Assembly: GCA_963748015.1 (NCBI GenBank)
Contig: CAVVHE010000004.1
Span: forward strand, 512,001 to 576,000
Length of the DNA: 64,000 nucleotides
DNA from: Terriglobia bacterium
Lineage (GTDB): Bacteria; Acidobacteriota; Polarisedimenticolia; Polarisedimenticolales; JAIQFR01
Reading direction: 5' to 3'
Made by a program: the position numbers and the translations under genes. Shown piece after piece: positions 33,415 to 44,325 of this stretch. Within the stretch, counting starts at the first letter, position 1. Each line of letters opens with the position of its first letter. The notes below the pieces were generated by a model. That model did no database searches, was not told the DNA's origin, and worked only from the letters and a program-made list of their open reading frames with translations.

Positions 33415-36087
33415 CTAACTCTCCTGCTCGAGCCTCGCTCGCCACTCGGCGACCTTTTGCAGGGCCTCGAGAGGGGTGAGACGGTCGGGATCGGAGAGCC
33501 TGAGATCCGCCAGCACCTCGGCCGCCGCGGGATCCGCGGGCTCCGCGGCGGCCGGCTGAGGCTCGGCCACGGAGAACAGGCTCGGCTGGACGGCGGCCGC
33601 GACGCGCCCCTGGCGGCGCGCCCGCCGGGGCAGCCCGTCCCTCCCGAACTCGTCCCGCTCCAGGTTGGTCAGGATCTCCTTCGCGCGGGAGATCACCGGC
33701 TGCGGAATTCCCGCGAGCCGGGCCACCTGGATGCCGTAGGACTTGTCCGCGGCGCCGGGCTCGACGCGGTGCAGGAAGATCACCCGGTCGCCCCACTCGC
33801 GCGCTCCCATCCTGTGGTTCACGACGCCCGGCAAGGCGACGGCGAGCTCCGTGAGCTCGTGGTAGTGGGTCGCGAAGACCGTGCGCGGGGCGCCTCCCTG
33901 GCGTCCGTGAAGGGCCTCCACGACGGCCCACGCGATCGCCATCCCGTCGAAGGTCGCGGTGCCGCGGCCGATCTCGTCGAGGAGGACGAGGCTTCGCCCT
34001 CCCGCGTGGTGGAGGATGTTGGCGGTCTCGATCATCTCCACCATGAACGTGCTCTGTCCCTCGGCGAGGTTGTCCGAGGCGCCGACGCGGCAGAAGATCC
34101 GGTCCACGATCCCCACCTCGGCCTCGTCGGCCGGGACGAACGACCCGGCCTGCGCTAGGAGCGCGATCAGCCCCACCTGGCGGAGATAGGTGGATTTCCC
34201 TCCCATGTTGGGGCCGGTCAGGATCGAGATCGCCTTTTCCGCCGCGTCGAGCTCGGTGTCGTTCGGAACGAATCTGGGATCGACGAGGGTCCGCTCGACG
34301 ACCGGGTGCCGGCCGGCGACGACCTTGAGCAGCGTTCCCTCGTGGACCACGGGGCGGCAGTAGCCGCGCTCGGCGGCGACCTCGGCGAGGGCCGACAGGA
34401 CGTCGAGGAGCGCCGCGGTCCTGGCCGCGCTCTTGATTCGGTGCGCGTGCGCCGCGACCTCCGAGCGCAGGGCGCAGAAGATCTCGTATTCGAGCGACTC
34501 GATCCGCTCCTGCGCGTTCAGGACCTTGGCCTCGTGCTCCTTCAGCTCCGGGGTGAGGAACCGCTCGCCCCCCGCGATAGTCTGCTTGCGCTGGTAGTGG
34601 GCCGGGACCAGGTGCAGGTTGGGCCTCGAGACCTCGAGGTAGTAGCCGAAGACGTTGTTGAAACGGACCTTGAGCGATGCGATCCCCGTCGCCTCGCGTT
34701 CCCGCGCCTCGATCGCCGCGATGTACGCGCGCCCATCGCGGCGGATGGCTCGCAGCTCGTCGAGGGCGGGGTCGAAGCCGTCGCGGATCAGGCCGCCTTC
34801 CCGCAGCCCGACGGGAGGCGCCTCGGCGACCGCGGCCTCGAGGCGCGCCGCGAGGTCCTCGCAGGGGTCGAGGCGATCGAGCGTCTCGCGCGTCATCGGC
34901 GCGGCAAGGCGCGCGAGGGACGCCGCGAGCGACGGAAGGCGCCCGAGCGAGCGGCCGAGCGCGATCAGATCCCGGGCGTTGGCGGTTCCCGTCACGGCGC
35001 GGCCGAGGAGCCGCTCGACGTCCTGGAACGGCTTCAACCGCTCGCGAGCCTCGAGCCTCGCGGCGCCGTTCTCGAGCAGTTCCTGAACCGCGTCGAGCCG
35101 CCTCCCGATCTCCCCAGGATCGGTGAGGGGCGCCAGCAGCCACTGCCGGAGAAGGCGCGCCCCGGCCGAGGTCAGCGTCTCGTCCATCGCGTGGAGGAGC
35201 GATCCGGCCCGGCCCCCGTCCCGGATCGAGCGCTCGATCTCGAGGTTGCGCCTCGTCGCGGGATCGAGGAGGAGGTGGCGCGACGGCTCGTGGAGCGAGA
35301 TGCCGTCGATGTGCCGCAGCACGGTCTTCTGCGTCTCCTGGAGGTAGAGGAGCAGCCCTCCCGCGGCGCCGGTCGCCGCGCCGCGGTCGCCGAGCCCGAA
35401 GCCCCGGAGCGACGCCACCTCGAAGTGCCGCGCGAGGAGCTCCGCCGCCTGGTCCGGCGCGAACGCGTAGGGCTCGACCGGCGTGAGGACGGCGGACGCC
35501 GTCCGCTCCCGGCGATACGATTCCGACCACGGGAAGTCGCCGGGGTGCACGATCTCCTTGGGCCCGAAGGCGAGGAGGCGCTCGGCGAGCGCGTCCCAGC
35601 GGTCTCCTTCGGCGGGGGACTGCCAGGCCAGGAACTCGCCGGTCGAGGCGTCGAGGAAAGCCGCCCCGAGGGCACCCGAGGCGGAGGCGACCGAGGCGAT
35701 CCACCGGTTCTCCCGCGACTCGAGCTCGTCCGGGTCGGTGAGGGTGCCCGGCGTCACGACCCGGACCACGGCGCGTCGCACGAGCCCCTTCGCAGTCTTC
35801 GGATCCTCGACCTGGTCGCAGATCGCGACGCTCTTGCCGGCCCTGACGAGCTTGGCGGTGTAGGCGTCGAGCTGGTGATGGGGGAAGCCGCACATCGGGG
35901 CGACGTTGTCGGTCCCCTTGCCCCGCGCGGTCAGCGTCAGATCGAGGAGCCCGCTCGCCTCCTGCGCGTCCTCGTGGAACATCTCGTAGAAATCCCCCAT
36001 CCGGAAGAGCAGGATCGCGCCGGGATGGTTGCGCTTGTGCTCCCGGTACTGCCGGAACATGGGGGTGGCGGGGGACGAATCGCGCAT
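33415..36087 (-). CDS. mutS: DNA mismatch repair protein MutS
   Basis: FRMGDFYE, TGPNMGGKST, GQSTFMVEM, DEIGRGT, ATHYHEL, SYGIQVA. Confidence 0.98.
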   Translation of the reverse strand: MRDSSPATPMFRQYREHKRNHPGAILLFRMGDFYEMFHEDAQEASGLLDLTLTARGKGTDNVAPMCGFPHHQLDAYTAKLVRAGKSVAICDQVEDPKTAKGLVRRAVVRVVTPGTLTDPDELESRENRWIASVASASGALGAAFLDASTGEFLAWQSPAEGDRWDALAERLLAFGPKEIVHPGDFPWSESYRRERTASAVLTPVEPYAFAPDQAAELLARHFEVASLRGFGLGDRGAATGAAGGLLLYLQETQKTVLRHIDGISLHEPSRHLLLDPATRRNLEIERSIRDGGRAGSLLHAMDETLTSAGARLLRQWLLAPLTDPGEIGRRLDAVQELLENGAARLEARERLKPFQDVERLLGRAVTGTANARDLIALGRSLGRLPSLAASLARLAAPMTRETLDRLDPCEDLAARLEAAVAEAPPVGLREGGLIRDGFDPALDELRAIRRDGRAYIAAIEAREREATGIASLKVRFNNVFGYYLEVSRPNLHLVPAHYQRKQTIAGGERFLTPELKEHEAKVLNAQERIESLEYEIFCALRSEVAAHAHRIKSAARTAALLDVLSALAEVAAERGYCRPVVHEGTLLKVVAGRHPVVERTLVDPRFVPNDTELDAAEKAISILTGPNMGGKSTYLRQVGLIALLAQAGSFVPADEAEVGIVDRIFCRVGASDNLAEGQSTFMVEMIETANILHHAGGRSLVLLDEIGRGTATFDGMAIAWAVVEALHGRQGGAPRTVFATHYHELTELAVALPGVVNHRMGAREWGDRVIFLHRVEPGAADKSYGIQVARLAGIPQPVISRAKEILTNLERDEFGRDGLPRRARRQGRVAAAVQPSLFSVAEPQPAAAEPADPAAAEVLADLRLSDPDRLTPLEALQKVAEWRARLEQES

Positions 36088-36189
36088 CGGCCGGAAGAGT
36101 ATACAGGCAATCTCCGCGAGACGGCCCACCGCGCGCGCCCCGGAACTCCCCGTTGACGCCGCTTCGCCGGAACGATATAAAGGCCGGCG

Positions 36190-36549
36190 ATGGAATCGCA
36201 GGAGCTCTCGAGCGAGCTGACCGAGCAGGACCGGATCCTGCTGGTGTTCGACTACCTCGGTCCGCTCGCGCTGTTCTCCCTCGTCGCGAGCCGCCGCGAG
36301 TTGGTCAAGTGGCACGCGAAGCAGGGGCTACTCCTGACGGCGACGGTCACGGCGCTCTACGTCGTCGTCCGGCCGGTCTACCTGCTGCTCCGGCAGTACG
36401 TCTGGCAGTTTTTCGGCGACCTGTTCTGGGCGGCCATCTCGCTGGTCGGCATCGGCGTCCTCTTGCTGATGCTGATGTGCATCGTGAGGGCGCTGGAAGG
36501 GGAGCGGTTCAAGATCCCCGTTCTCGGAGACCTCGCCGACCGGTTCTGA
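36190..36549 (+). CDS. small multi-pass membrane protein (DUF4870-like)
   Basis: Three hydrophobic segments; VKWHAKQG and KIPVLG motifs. Confidence 0.65.
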   Translation: MESQELSSELTEQDRILLVFDYLGPLALFSLVASRRELVKWHAKQGLLLTATVTALYVVVRPVYLLLRQYVWQFFGDLFWAAISLVGIGVLLLMLMCIVRALEGERFKIPVLGDLADRF

Positions 36550-36571
36550 GCGGACCGCCCCGGCGCCGCGC

Positions 36572-37702
36572 CTATTCGCCAGGCGCTTTCAGCTCCCACT
36601 GCTCGGGATGGAACACCAGCGGGGCGAACCCCTTCTGGAAGGCCGTCTCCCGGATCGGAAGCCCGCGCGCGGCGAACTCGATGCCGGCGGCAACGAAGAC
36701 GCGGTGCGCCTCCCGGAGTCGCGCGGGGAGATCGGGGGCCGGCGGGGCCGCCGCCGAGCTCTCGGCGCCTTCCGCCGAGGTGGGATTCGCCTCGCGGGCG
36801 ACCTTGGACTTCTCGATCATCAGCGTCTCGAGCTCTTCCTGCGAGAGGCGGTCCCAGGTGCGGCCGTCGGGAGCGAGGGAGGGGAGCGAGCCGATCGCCG
36901 CCGCCTGCAGCGCGAGTTGGCGGGCGTAGCGGGCGTCGTCGCCCCCGGCCGTGTCGAGCTGCTCGGCGCGGCGCCACGCATCCGCGGCCTCCTGCCAGTG
37001 CCCCCTCCGGACCTGTGCGATCGCTAGCCTGAGACAGTCCGCGGCCGCCGGCTCCGGCATGGCGACGACCTCGGAGTACGCCTTCGCCGCGGAGTCCCAG
37101 TCCATTCGAATCAGCGCCCGGTCGCCGAGATAGCGCCACGCCCACCGCATGTAGGAAGGGTACCGGCTGGCGTCCGACTCGAGCGCGGCGATCGTCTTCC
37201 GGTACCATTCCTCCGCCCTGTCGTCGCGGCCGCTGTCGGCGTAGAGCTTCGCGGCCCGGAACCGATCCACGCCCGCCGACGGCGCCTTCCACTTGCCGGA
37301 CTCGAGACGCGAGACGGCTTCCGCCGCGACCCGCGTCGAATCGGGGGCGCGGCCGAGGTTCCTGTAGACGTTCGACAGGTAGAACCACGCCTCGATCGAT
37401 CCACCGGCGGCGGTCTCCTTCTCGAGCGCCTCGACGGCACGCTGCTGGACACGGGTCCGCTCGGCCTCGTCGCCCGCGGCGCCCGCGCAGAACGCGAGCC
37501 GGTAGAGGACGGAGCCGTCGGCCTTGCCCGCGGCGTCGAGCGCCCGGAAGCCCGCGAGCGCCTCCGGGTAGCGTCCCAGGTCGTACAGGCGGATCGCGCT
37601 CTCGCGCGGGTCTTCGGTGGCGGCCGGAGCCGCGGCGGGAGCGGCAGCCGCAAGGGCCGCTAGCGGCATCGCGAGAACCGCGAGGCAGGCGACTAATCGC
37701 AT
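36572..37702 (-). CDS. secreted TPR-repeat protein
   Basis: Signal peptide; TPR-like helices (AWFYLSNVYRNLG, YLGDRALIRMDWDSAAKAY). Confidence 0.7.
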   Translation of the reverse strand: MRLVACLAVLAMPLAALAAAAPAAAPAATEDPRESAIRLYDLGRYPEALAGFRALDAAGKADGSVLYRLAFCAGAAGDEAERTRVQQRAVEALEKETAAGGSIEAWFYLSNVYRNLGRAPDSTRVAAEAVSRLESGKWKAPSAGVDRFRAAKLYADSGRDDRAEEWYRKTIAALESDASRYPSYMRWAWRYLGDRALIRMDWDSAAKAYSEVVAMPEPAAADCLRLAIAQVRRGHWQEAADAWRRAEQLDTAGGDDARYARQLALQAAAIGSLPSLAPDGRTWDRLSQEELETLMIEKSKVAREANPTSAEGAESSAAAPPAPDLPARLREAHRVFVAAGIEFAARGLPIRETAFQKGFAPLVFHPEQWELKAPGE

Positions 37703-37813
37703 CGGGATCCCTCCCTGAGACTCCTTGACTACCACCGCTCGCGCCGCGATGCAACCGGCGCGGTGGGCCGGATCGTCTGGTACCCTGTACCGTTCCGGGC
37801 GACGGGAGGGCGG

Positions 37814-38473
37814 ATGCAGGTGCGCTGGCGCATGGCCTTGTTGGCCGCGATGCTCGTTGCGGCGAGCGGCGTCCCGCGTGCCGCGACACGGGAGCGGGCG
37901 CCTCGAGGACCGATCGAGGGTCTGGCCGGATGGCTCGAAGGAACCCGCGACCTCACCTGCCGCTTCGAGCAGCGATTGCTGTCCGGTGCCCTGGGGGCGG
38001 GGACGCGGGAGTCGGGCATTTTCTACCTCCTTCGGCCCGGAAGGCTCCGCTGGGAGTACGACGATCCGGAGCCGAAGACGGCGATCGTCGATGGAGAACG
38101 GACCCTGCTCTTCCTGCCGGACGACCGCCAGCTGATTCGCGGGCGCCTTTCCCCGGACGAGGACCTGCTCCCGGCGCTCCTGGCCGGGCGGGGGAAGATC
38201 CGCGAGCTGTTCGACGCGAGGGTGCTCGAGCCGGCCGAAACGCAGGACGGGGTTCGGGTTCGACTCGTCCCGCGATCGGCGCCGGGCGGCGTGCAGGAGG
38301 TCACCCTGACGCTCCGCCCGCCGGATTACTCGATCGAGAGGGCGGAGGTCCTCGACCCGGCCGGGAACCGCATGGAGTACCTGTTCACGAAAGTCCGCCG
38401 CAACAAGGGCGTCCCGGAGTCGCTGTTCACCTTCGAGCCGCCGCCCGGCACCGAGATCTCCGGCCCGCCGTGA
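37814..38473 (+). CDS. lolA: outer-membrane lipoprotein carrier LolA family
   Basis: FEQ, RPGRLRWEY..P, VDG, FTFEPPPG. Confidence 0.85.
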   Translation: MQVRWRMALLAAMLVAASGVPRAATRERAPRGPIEGLAGWLEGTRDLTCRFEQRLLSGALGAGTRESGIFYLLRPGRLRWEYDDPEPKTAIVDGERTLLFLPDDRQLIRGRLSPDEDLLPALLAGRGKIRELFDARVLEPAETQDGVRVRLVPRSAPGGVQEVTLTLRPPDYSIERAEVLDPAGNRMEYLFTKVRRNKGVPESLFTFEPPPGTEISGPP

Positions 38474-38555
38474 CCGGGGGGGCTCTCCGCCCGGATTATC
38501 CGCCGGCCGGGATTTCCGGTACACTCGGGGGGCTCGCCAGGGAGAGAAGGACCAC

Positions 38556-39587
38556 TTGAGCACATCGGATCGGTTCTCGGGACGCGTCGAGCCGTCCCCG
38601 CGGGATGCGGTTGCCGCGGCGGCGTCCGTCTTCGCGCCGGTCGAGGAGAGGCTCCAGGCCGTCGAGGCGACGTTCCGGGAGAATCTCGCCTCGCCGCTCC
38701 GGATCATCGACGAGATCGGTGGCTTCGTCGCCGACGCCGGCGGGAAGCGCGTCCGGCCGGCGATCCACCTGCTCTGCGCGGAGATGTGCGGGTACAAGGG
38801 GCCCCACGACGTCCTGATGGCCGCGGTCCTCGAGTTCATCCACTCGGCGACCCTGATTCACGACGACATCATCGACGAGGCCACGACGCGCAGGGGGCGG
38901 CCCTCGGTCAACCGGCGATGGGGGAACAACGTCACGGTCCTCTTCGGCGACTACATGTTCGCCAAGGCGATGGAGATGGCGCTCGGGGCCGGAAGCCTCG
39001 GGATCATCCGGAAGCTCGCCGAGCTGACGCTCCGCATGACCGAAGGGGAGATGCTCCAGACCCGCTACGTCGGCCGCCTGGACCTGACGGTAGCCGAGCA
39101 CGAGGACCTGATCGAGCGCAAGACGGCGGCGCTCTTCGCGGGCTGCTGTGAAATCGCGGGGATGCTTGCGGGAGCGGACGCCGAGACCGGGGCCGCCCTC
39201 GGGCGTTACGGGAACCGGGTGGGGATGGCGTTCCAGATGGTGGACGACCTGCTGGATTTCACCGGCGACGCCACCCGGTTGGGAAAGCCTGCCGCGAGCG
39301 ACCTGCGCGAGGGCAAGGTCACCCTCGCCCTGATCGATCTCCTCGGCTCGGGGTCCAGGCGCGGGCACTCCCTCGCTCGCCGCATCATGCAGCGCGCCAA
39401 GCCGGGGGCCGAGGACATCGCGGAGCTGACGGCCCTTCTCGAGAGCAGCGGCGCGCTCGGGCGGGCGAGGGACCAGGCTCGGCAGACGGCCGCCGAGGCC
39501 GTGCTCGAGCTTCGCCGGTTCCCCGACGGCCCGGCCAGGAGAGCGCTCGAGGCGGTCCCGGGGTTTCTGATCTCGCGCGACCGCTGA
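38556..39587 (+). CDS. polyprenyl diphosphate synthase (IspB-like)
   Basis: GGKRVRP, LIHDDIID..RRG, FQMVDDLLD. Confidence 0.92.
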   Translation: MSTSDRFSGRVEPSPRDAVAAAASVFAPVEERLQAVEATFRENLASPLRIIDEIGGFVADAGGKRVRPAIHLLCAEMCGYKGPHDVLMAAVLEFIHSATLIHDDIIDEATTRRGRPSVNRRWGNNVTVLFGDYMFAKAMEMALGAGSLGIIRKLAELTLRMTEGEMLQTRYVGRLDLTVAEHEDLIERKTAALFAGCCEIAGMLAGADAETGAALGRYGNRVGMAFQMVDDLLDFTGDATRLGKPAASDLREGKVTLALIDLLGSGSRRGHSLARRIMQRAKPGAEDIAELTALLESSGALGRARDQARQTAAEAVLELRRFPDGPARRALEAVPGFLISRDR

Positions 39588-39754
39588 CCTGCGTCCGCCG
39601 GACCCGCGTCCATTCGGGGCCTTCAAGGCCCGATATCTGGTAGACGTCCCGCCCGGAGCCCCAAGATATCGCGTTCCGTATTGAGCCGGGCCCTCTCGCG
39701 GTGGTATATTCGGGTAGAGATCGGCCACCGGGACGGGGCCGGGAAGGGGTTCGC

Positions 39755-42700
39755 GTGTCGCAGGTCAAGCTCGACAAGATCCGCATCAGCGGGTTCAAGT
39801 CCTTCAGCGACCACACGGAGGTCGCGTTCCCCGCCGGGATCACCGCGGTCGTGGGACCGAACGGCTGCGGCAAATCGAACATCGGGGACGCCCTGAACTG
39901 GGTCCTCGGGGAGCAGAGCGCCAGGATGCTCCGCGGCGCGAACATGCAGGACGTGATCTTCAACGGCAGCGAAGCGCGCAAGCCGCTCGGCATGGCCGAG
40001 GTGTCGATCGAGATGTCCGGCCTGAACGGGACTCCGGACGGCGCGGCGCGCGACGTCGTGCTCACGCGGAGGCTTTTCCGGAACGGCGAGAGCGAGTACC
40101 TGGTCAACGGGGCCCGCGCGCGGCTCAAGGACATCCAGGAGATCCTCCGCGAGGCCCACATCGGCACCCAGACCTACTCCACGATCGAGCAGGGGAGGAT
40201 CGACCAGATCCTGAACGCGAAGCCGAAGGAGCGCCGGCTGCTGATCGAGGAAGCGGCCGGCATCTCCGGCTTCAAGCACAAGCGCCGTCTCGCCGAGCTG
40301 AAGCTCGAGGCGACCCAGGCGAACCTGCTCCGGGTCGGTGACATCGTCGCGGAGGTCCGCCGCCAGATCAACTCCCTCAAGCGTCAGGCGGCGAAGGCGC
40401 GAAGATACCAGCGGCTGCGCGACGAGCTCCGCGCGAAGGAGCGCGTCCGCTTCGGGGCCAGGGCGAAGCAGATGGACGAGGATCTCGCCCGGCTTCGCGA
40501 GGAGGAGCGGGCGGCGCGGACCGCCGAGGTCGAGGCCTCGGCGGAGCTCGCGAGGTCGGAGGCCTCGCTCGAGGCCGACCGGCTCGCGGTCGCGGACGCC
40601 GAGAGGATGCTGCGCGAGGTGACGGACCGCGTTCACCAGCTCGATCTGGAGATCGACCGCGAGGAAGCGCGCGCGCGCTCGAGCCGCGAGCGCATCGAGG
40701 AGGCGTCGTCGCGGATCGCCCAGCTCGAGGGGGAGGTCGGCGGGCTGGAGACGCGAAGGGTGGGGGCGATCGAGGAGTCGCGCGTCCACGCCGAGAGCAT
40801 GGAAGCCGAGCGACGGGAGCTCGAGGACGCGGCGGCCCGGCTCGAGGAGCGGCAGGCCGCCGTGGAGCAGGCGGAGACCTTGCTGTCGGGGAAGCGGCAG
40901 CGCATCGACGCGTCGAGGAAGAAGCTGTTCGCGACGATGAGCGAGGCCGCCGAGGCGCGCAACCGCCGCCGCGCGATCGACGAAGCGATCGAGCGCGCCG
41001 TGGAGCGCCGATCGCGGCTCGCGGTGGAGCGCGAGGAAGCGGGGACCGATCTCTCGAGACTCCACGACGAGGCCAGGCGGCTCGGCGAGGACGCCGAGGC
41101 GCACGCGGGCGAGCTCGATCGCCTTCGGGACGCGAGCGCCGCGGCGGAGAAGACGCTCGCGGAGGCGAGAGATCGCGTGGCGCGCGATCTCGAATCCCTG
41201 GCCGGCGCGCGCGAGCGCGCGCAGTCCGCAGCCGCCCGGCTCCGCACGCTCGAGGACGTGGCGACGCGGTTCGCCGGAGTGTCCGACGGCGTGAAGCTGC
41301 TGCTCACGTCGGGCCCGGCGGCGGGCGTGCGCTCCGGCGGGGTCGTGGCGGATTTCGTCGAGGCCTCGCGCGAGTTCGAAGGGCCGGCGGAGGCTTACCT
41401 GCACGGGATCCTGCCGGCCGTGGTCGTCGACGAGGACGAGGACGCCGTCCGCGCCGCCGAGCTGATCCGCTCGCAGGGATCCGGCCGGACGTTCGTGCTC
41501 TCCCGTTCGCAGCCTGCCGGGCGCACGGTGGTCGGGAGCCGCGCCGGCGACAGCCTTCCGTTCCCCGAGGAGCTGCTTCGGGATCCGCGCGTGCTGGGCA
41601 GGCTCCGGGACCGGCTCAACCTCGCGGCCAGCGCCAACGGTTTCGTCCGCGACCGGATCGGCGACGCCGTTCTCGTGGACCGTCTCGAGAGCGCGCTCGA
41701 GCTCCACCGCCTGTATCCCGAAGCGGACTACCTGACGCCGCAGGGAGAGGCGGTGCTCGCGTCGGGACTCGTGGCCGTCGGCGGAAAGGTCGCATCCGAC
41801 CACGGCCTCCTCGCCCACAACCGCAGGACGCACGAGGCCAAGGGCGAGCTCGCGGAGGCCGAGGCGCGCGCCTCGGCCCTCCAGACGGCGCTCGACGCGG
41901 CGCGCGCGTCCGCGTCGGAGAGCGAGGCCGAGGTCGAGCGCCTTCGAAACGCGACGGAGGCGGCCGGGCAGCGGCGCGTCGAGCTGCTTCTCCTGGCCGA
42001 GCGGGCCACGGGGGACCGGGAGCGGATGGGGCGGCGCGCGGGGGTCCTTGCGGAAGAGCTCTCGTCACTCGAGGTGGAGTCGGGACGGCTGGCCGGGGAA
42101 TTGGAGGCCGCGGCTTTGGCCGTCGGCGCGTGCGAGGACGCCCAGCGGGAGGTGGAGCAGGACCTGGCCGCCGAGGCGTCGAATCTGGAGGAGGTCGAGA
42201 GACTGCTGCGCGAGCAGGGAGAAGCGTCGGCCGCGCTCCGCGCGGACGTGCTGGTGCGGCGCCAGCGCCGCTCCGCGATGGAGCGGGAAAGGGAACGGCT
42301 GGAGCTGGCGCTCGCGGAAGTGGAATCTCGGCTCGTCTCGGTGAGGGAAGAGATCGCCGCGGCGAGCGCGCGGGCGGCGGAGTCCGGCGAGATCCTGCGG
42401 AGCGCGTCGGAGGCGCTCGGCCATCACATCGCCGAGCGGGAGGGGCTTGCGGCCGGCGCGGCAGCGAGCGAGGCCGCTCTTGCCGATCGGAGGCGGGAGG
42501 TATCGGAGCGCGAGTCGTCCCTTCGAAGCCTGAGGGGGTCGCTGGACGTCCGCCGCGAGAAGTCCCAAGCGGCCGAGCTGGCCCTCGCGAGTGCCACGGC
42601 CGATCGCCGCCACCTGGACGACCTCTGCTTCCAGGAGCTCGGGACGTCCGCGTCGGATGCCGCCGCCGCGGCGGTCGACGAGCTCGAGGCCCCCGCGGCG

Positions 42701-43339
42701 GAGGATCTCGACGCCGCGATCGCCGACCTCAAGCAGAAGCTCGATGCGATGGGACCGGTGAACCTCACCGCCATCGAGGAGTTCTCGGAGCTCGAGAAGC
42801 GGTACACGTTCCTGACCTCCCAGCAGAAGGACCTAGAGGAGTCCATGGAGTCCCTGCGGGAGACGATTCGACGGATCAACCGTCAGAGCCGCGAGCGCTT
42901 CGGCGAGGCGTTCGAGGCGATACGCGTCTCCTTCCAGGAGGTCTTCCGCTCCCTGTTCAACGGGGGCCGGGCGGACCTCTGGCTCGAGGAGGGCGAGGAG
43001 ATCCTGGAATCCGGCGTCGAGATCATGGTGCAGCCCCCCGGCAAGCGGCTCGGGAACGTCCACCTCCTCTCCGGCGGGGAGAAGGCGATGGCGGCGATCG
43101 CGCTGCTCTTCGCGATCTTCCGCTACCAGCCGTCTCCGTTCTGCCTCCTCGACGAGGTGGACGCAGCGCTCGACGACGTGAACGTCAACCGGTTCACCAA
43201 GATGCTGAAGGAGCATGCCGGACAGACGCAGTTCATCATGATCACGCACAACAAGCGATCCATGGAGACCGCGGACCTGCTCTACGGCGTGACCATGGAG
43301 GAGCCGGGAATCTCGAGGCTGGTCTCCCTGAAGCTCTGA
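39755..43339 (+). CDS. smc: chromosome segregation protein SMC
   Basis: GFKSF, GPNGCGKSN, long coiled coils with hinge, LSGGEK, LDEVDAALD. Confidence 0.97.
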   Translation: MSQVKLDKIRISGFKSFSDHTEVAFPAGITAVVGPNGCGKSNIGDALNWVLGEQSARMLRGANMQDVIFNGSEARKPLGMAEVSIEMSGLNGTPDGAARDVVLTRRLFRNGESEYLVNGARARLKDIQEILREAHIGTQTYSTIEQGRIDQILNAKPKERRLLIEEAAGISGFKHKRRLAELKLEATQANLLRVGDIVAEVRRQINSLKRQAAKARRYQRLRDELRAKERVRFGARAKQMDEDLARLREEERAARTAEVEASAELARSEASLEADRLAVADAERMLREVTDRVHQLDLEIDREEARARSSRERIEEASSRIAQLEGEVGGLETRRVGAIEESRVHAESMEAERRELEDAAARLEERQAAVEQAETLLSGKRQRIDASRKKLFATMSEAAEARNRRRAIDEAIERAVERRSRLAVEREEAGTDLSRLHDEARRLGEDAEAHAGELDRLRDASAAAEKTLAEARDRVARDLESLAGARERAQSAAARLRTLEDVATRFAGVSDGVKLLLTSGPAAGVRSGGVVADFVEASREFEGPAEAYLHGILPAVVVDEDEDAVRAAELIRSQGSGRTFVLSRSQPAGRTVVGSRAGDSLPFPEELLRDPRVLGRLRDRLNLAASANGFVRDRIGDAVLVDRLESALELHRLYPEADYLTPQGEAVLASGLVAVGGKVASDHGLLAHNRRTHEAKGELAEAEARASALQTALDAARASASESEAEVERLRNATEAAGQRRVELLLLAERATGDRERMGRRAGVLAEELSSLEVESGRLAGELEAAALAVGACEDAQREVEQDLAAEASNLEEVERLLREQGEASAALRADVLVRRQRRSAMERERERLELALAEVESRLVSVREEIAAASARAAESGEILRSASEALGHHIAEREGLAAGAAASEAALADRRREVSERESSLRSLRGSLDVRREKSQAAELALASATADRRHLDDLCFQELGTSASDAAAAAVDELEAPAAEDLDAAIADLKQKLDAMGPVNLTAIEEFSELEKRYTFLTSQQKDLEESMESLRETIRRINRQSRERFGEAFEAIRVSFQEVFRSLFNGGRADLWLEEGEEILESGVEIMVQPPGKRLGNVHLLSGGEKAMAAIALLFAIFRYQPSPFCLLDEVDAALDDVNVNRFTKMLKEHAGQTQFIMITHNKRSMETADLLYGVTMEEPGISRLVSLKL

Positions 43340-43351
43340 CCGGGCGAGAGG

Positions 43352-44311
43352 TCAGCGAGGCGTCGGAGCGGCCGCGGGCTCCGGCTCGAACCGGATCTCG
43401 AGGGCGGCGCGGCCCTTGTCGAGTCGTTCCTCGAGCACCGCCGCGAGCGAGAGCCCCTCGGCTCCGGCAACCACCCCGTCCTTCCTCGCCTCGACGAGCA
43501 GGAGGAATCGTTCTCCGACCCGGACCGCGACGCCGACGATCAGGTCGTGCGCGATCCCGGGCTCCACGTCCGCGCGAAGCTCGACGGGAAGCGTCAGCAC
43601 CAGCACCTCCGGCTCGGGGCCCGGCGGACGTCCCCCCGGGGGAGACGGCGCCTTCTTGGAGCCCGGGGTCGCCTTCGAAGCGGGTGCTCGGGACGCTCCC
43701 GTTTTGAAGTCGAGGATCTGGTGCCGGGGGACCGAGACGAAGTCCCGGCCGAGCGGGGACTTCATGCGCCACTGGTCGGGAACGTGGTCCTGCGTGCGGC
43801 AGGCGAGGAAGACCGCGAGATCGGTCACGTTGCGCTCGTCGTCGGACGGTCCGACCTGAAGCACCTTCGCCGTGGCCTCGTCGAGCTTCGCGGGAAAAAC
43901 GAGGTCCGCCGCCTCGCGGCCGCGCGGCGCGGAACGAACGGCCACGACGAGCGCGACCTTGCCCTCGGCGGGAGGAGCCGGCGCCTCCGCATCGGCGGAC
44001 TTCGCGGGGAGGCGCGCTCGATCCACCTCCGCCTGGCGCGCGGACATCGCGGAGAGGACCGCGTCCGGGACCCCCGCCAGCCGGAGCTCCTGCTTCATCT
44101 CGTCCGACAGGTCGAACGCCGTATCCGCCGCTCGGATCTTGGCGAGCACTTCCGCGGGCGGCACGCCCGCCACGAGAAGCCGCACCACGTCGTCGTTGCG
44201 GAGGGGGCGGGCCGGCGAGGGCTCGACCGCGAGAACGGCAGCGGCCGCGGCAAGGGCCAGCGCGGCGAAGACGACGGCGGCGGAGACGACGGCGGCGGTG
44301 CTGGCTCTCAA
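43352..44311 (-). CDS. secreted hypothetical protein (start uncertain, TTG)
   Basis: Ala-rich signal peptide followed by LRNDDVVRLLVAGV...FDLS...AGVPDAVLSAM; high-GC3 codon pattern. Confidence 0.6.
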   Translation of the reverse strand: MRASTAAVVSAAVVFAALALAAAAAVLAVEPSPARPLRNDDVVRLLVAGVPPAEVLAKIRAADTAFDLSDEMKQELRLAGVPDAVLSAMSARQAEVDRARLPAKSADAEAPAPPAEGKVALVVAVRSAPRGREAADLVFPAKLDEATAKVLQVGPSDDERNVTDLAVFLACRTQDHVPDQWRMKSPLGRDFVSVPRHQILDFKTGASRAPASKATPGSKKAPSPPGGRPPGPEPEVLVLTLPVELRADVEPGIAHDLIVGVAVRVGERFLLLVEARKDGVVAGAEGLSLAAVLEERLDKGRAALEIRFEPEPAAAPTPR

Positions 44312-44325
44312 GGCTCGACCTCGAC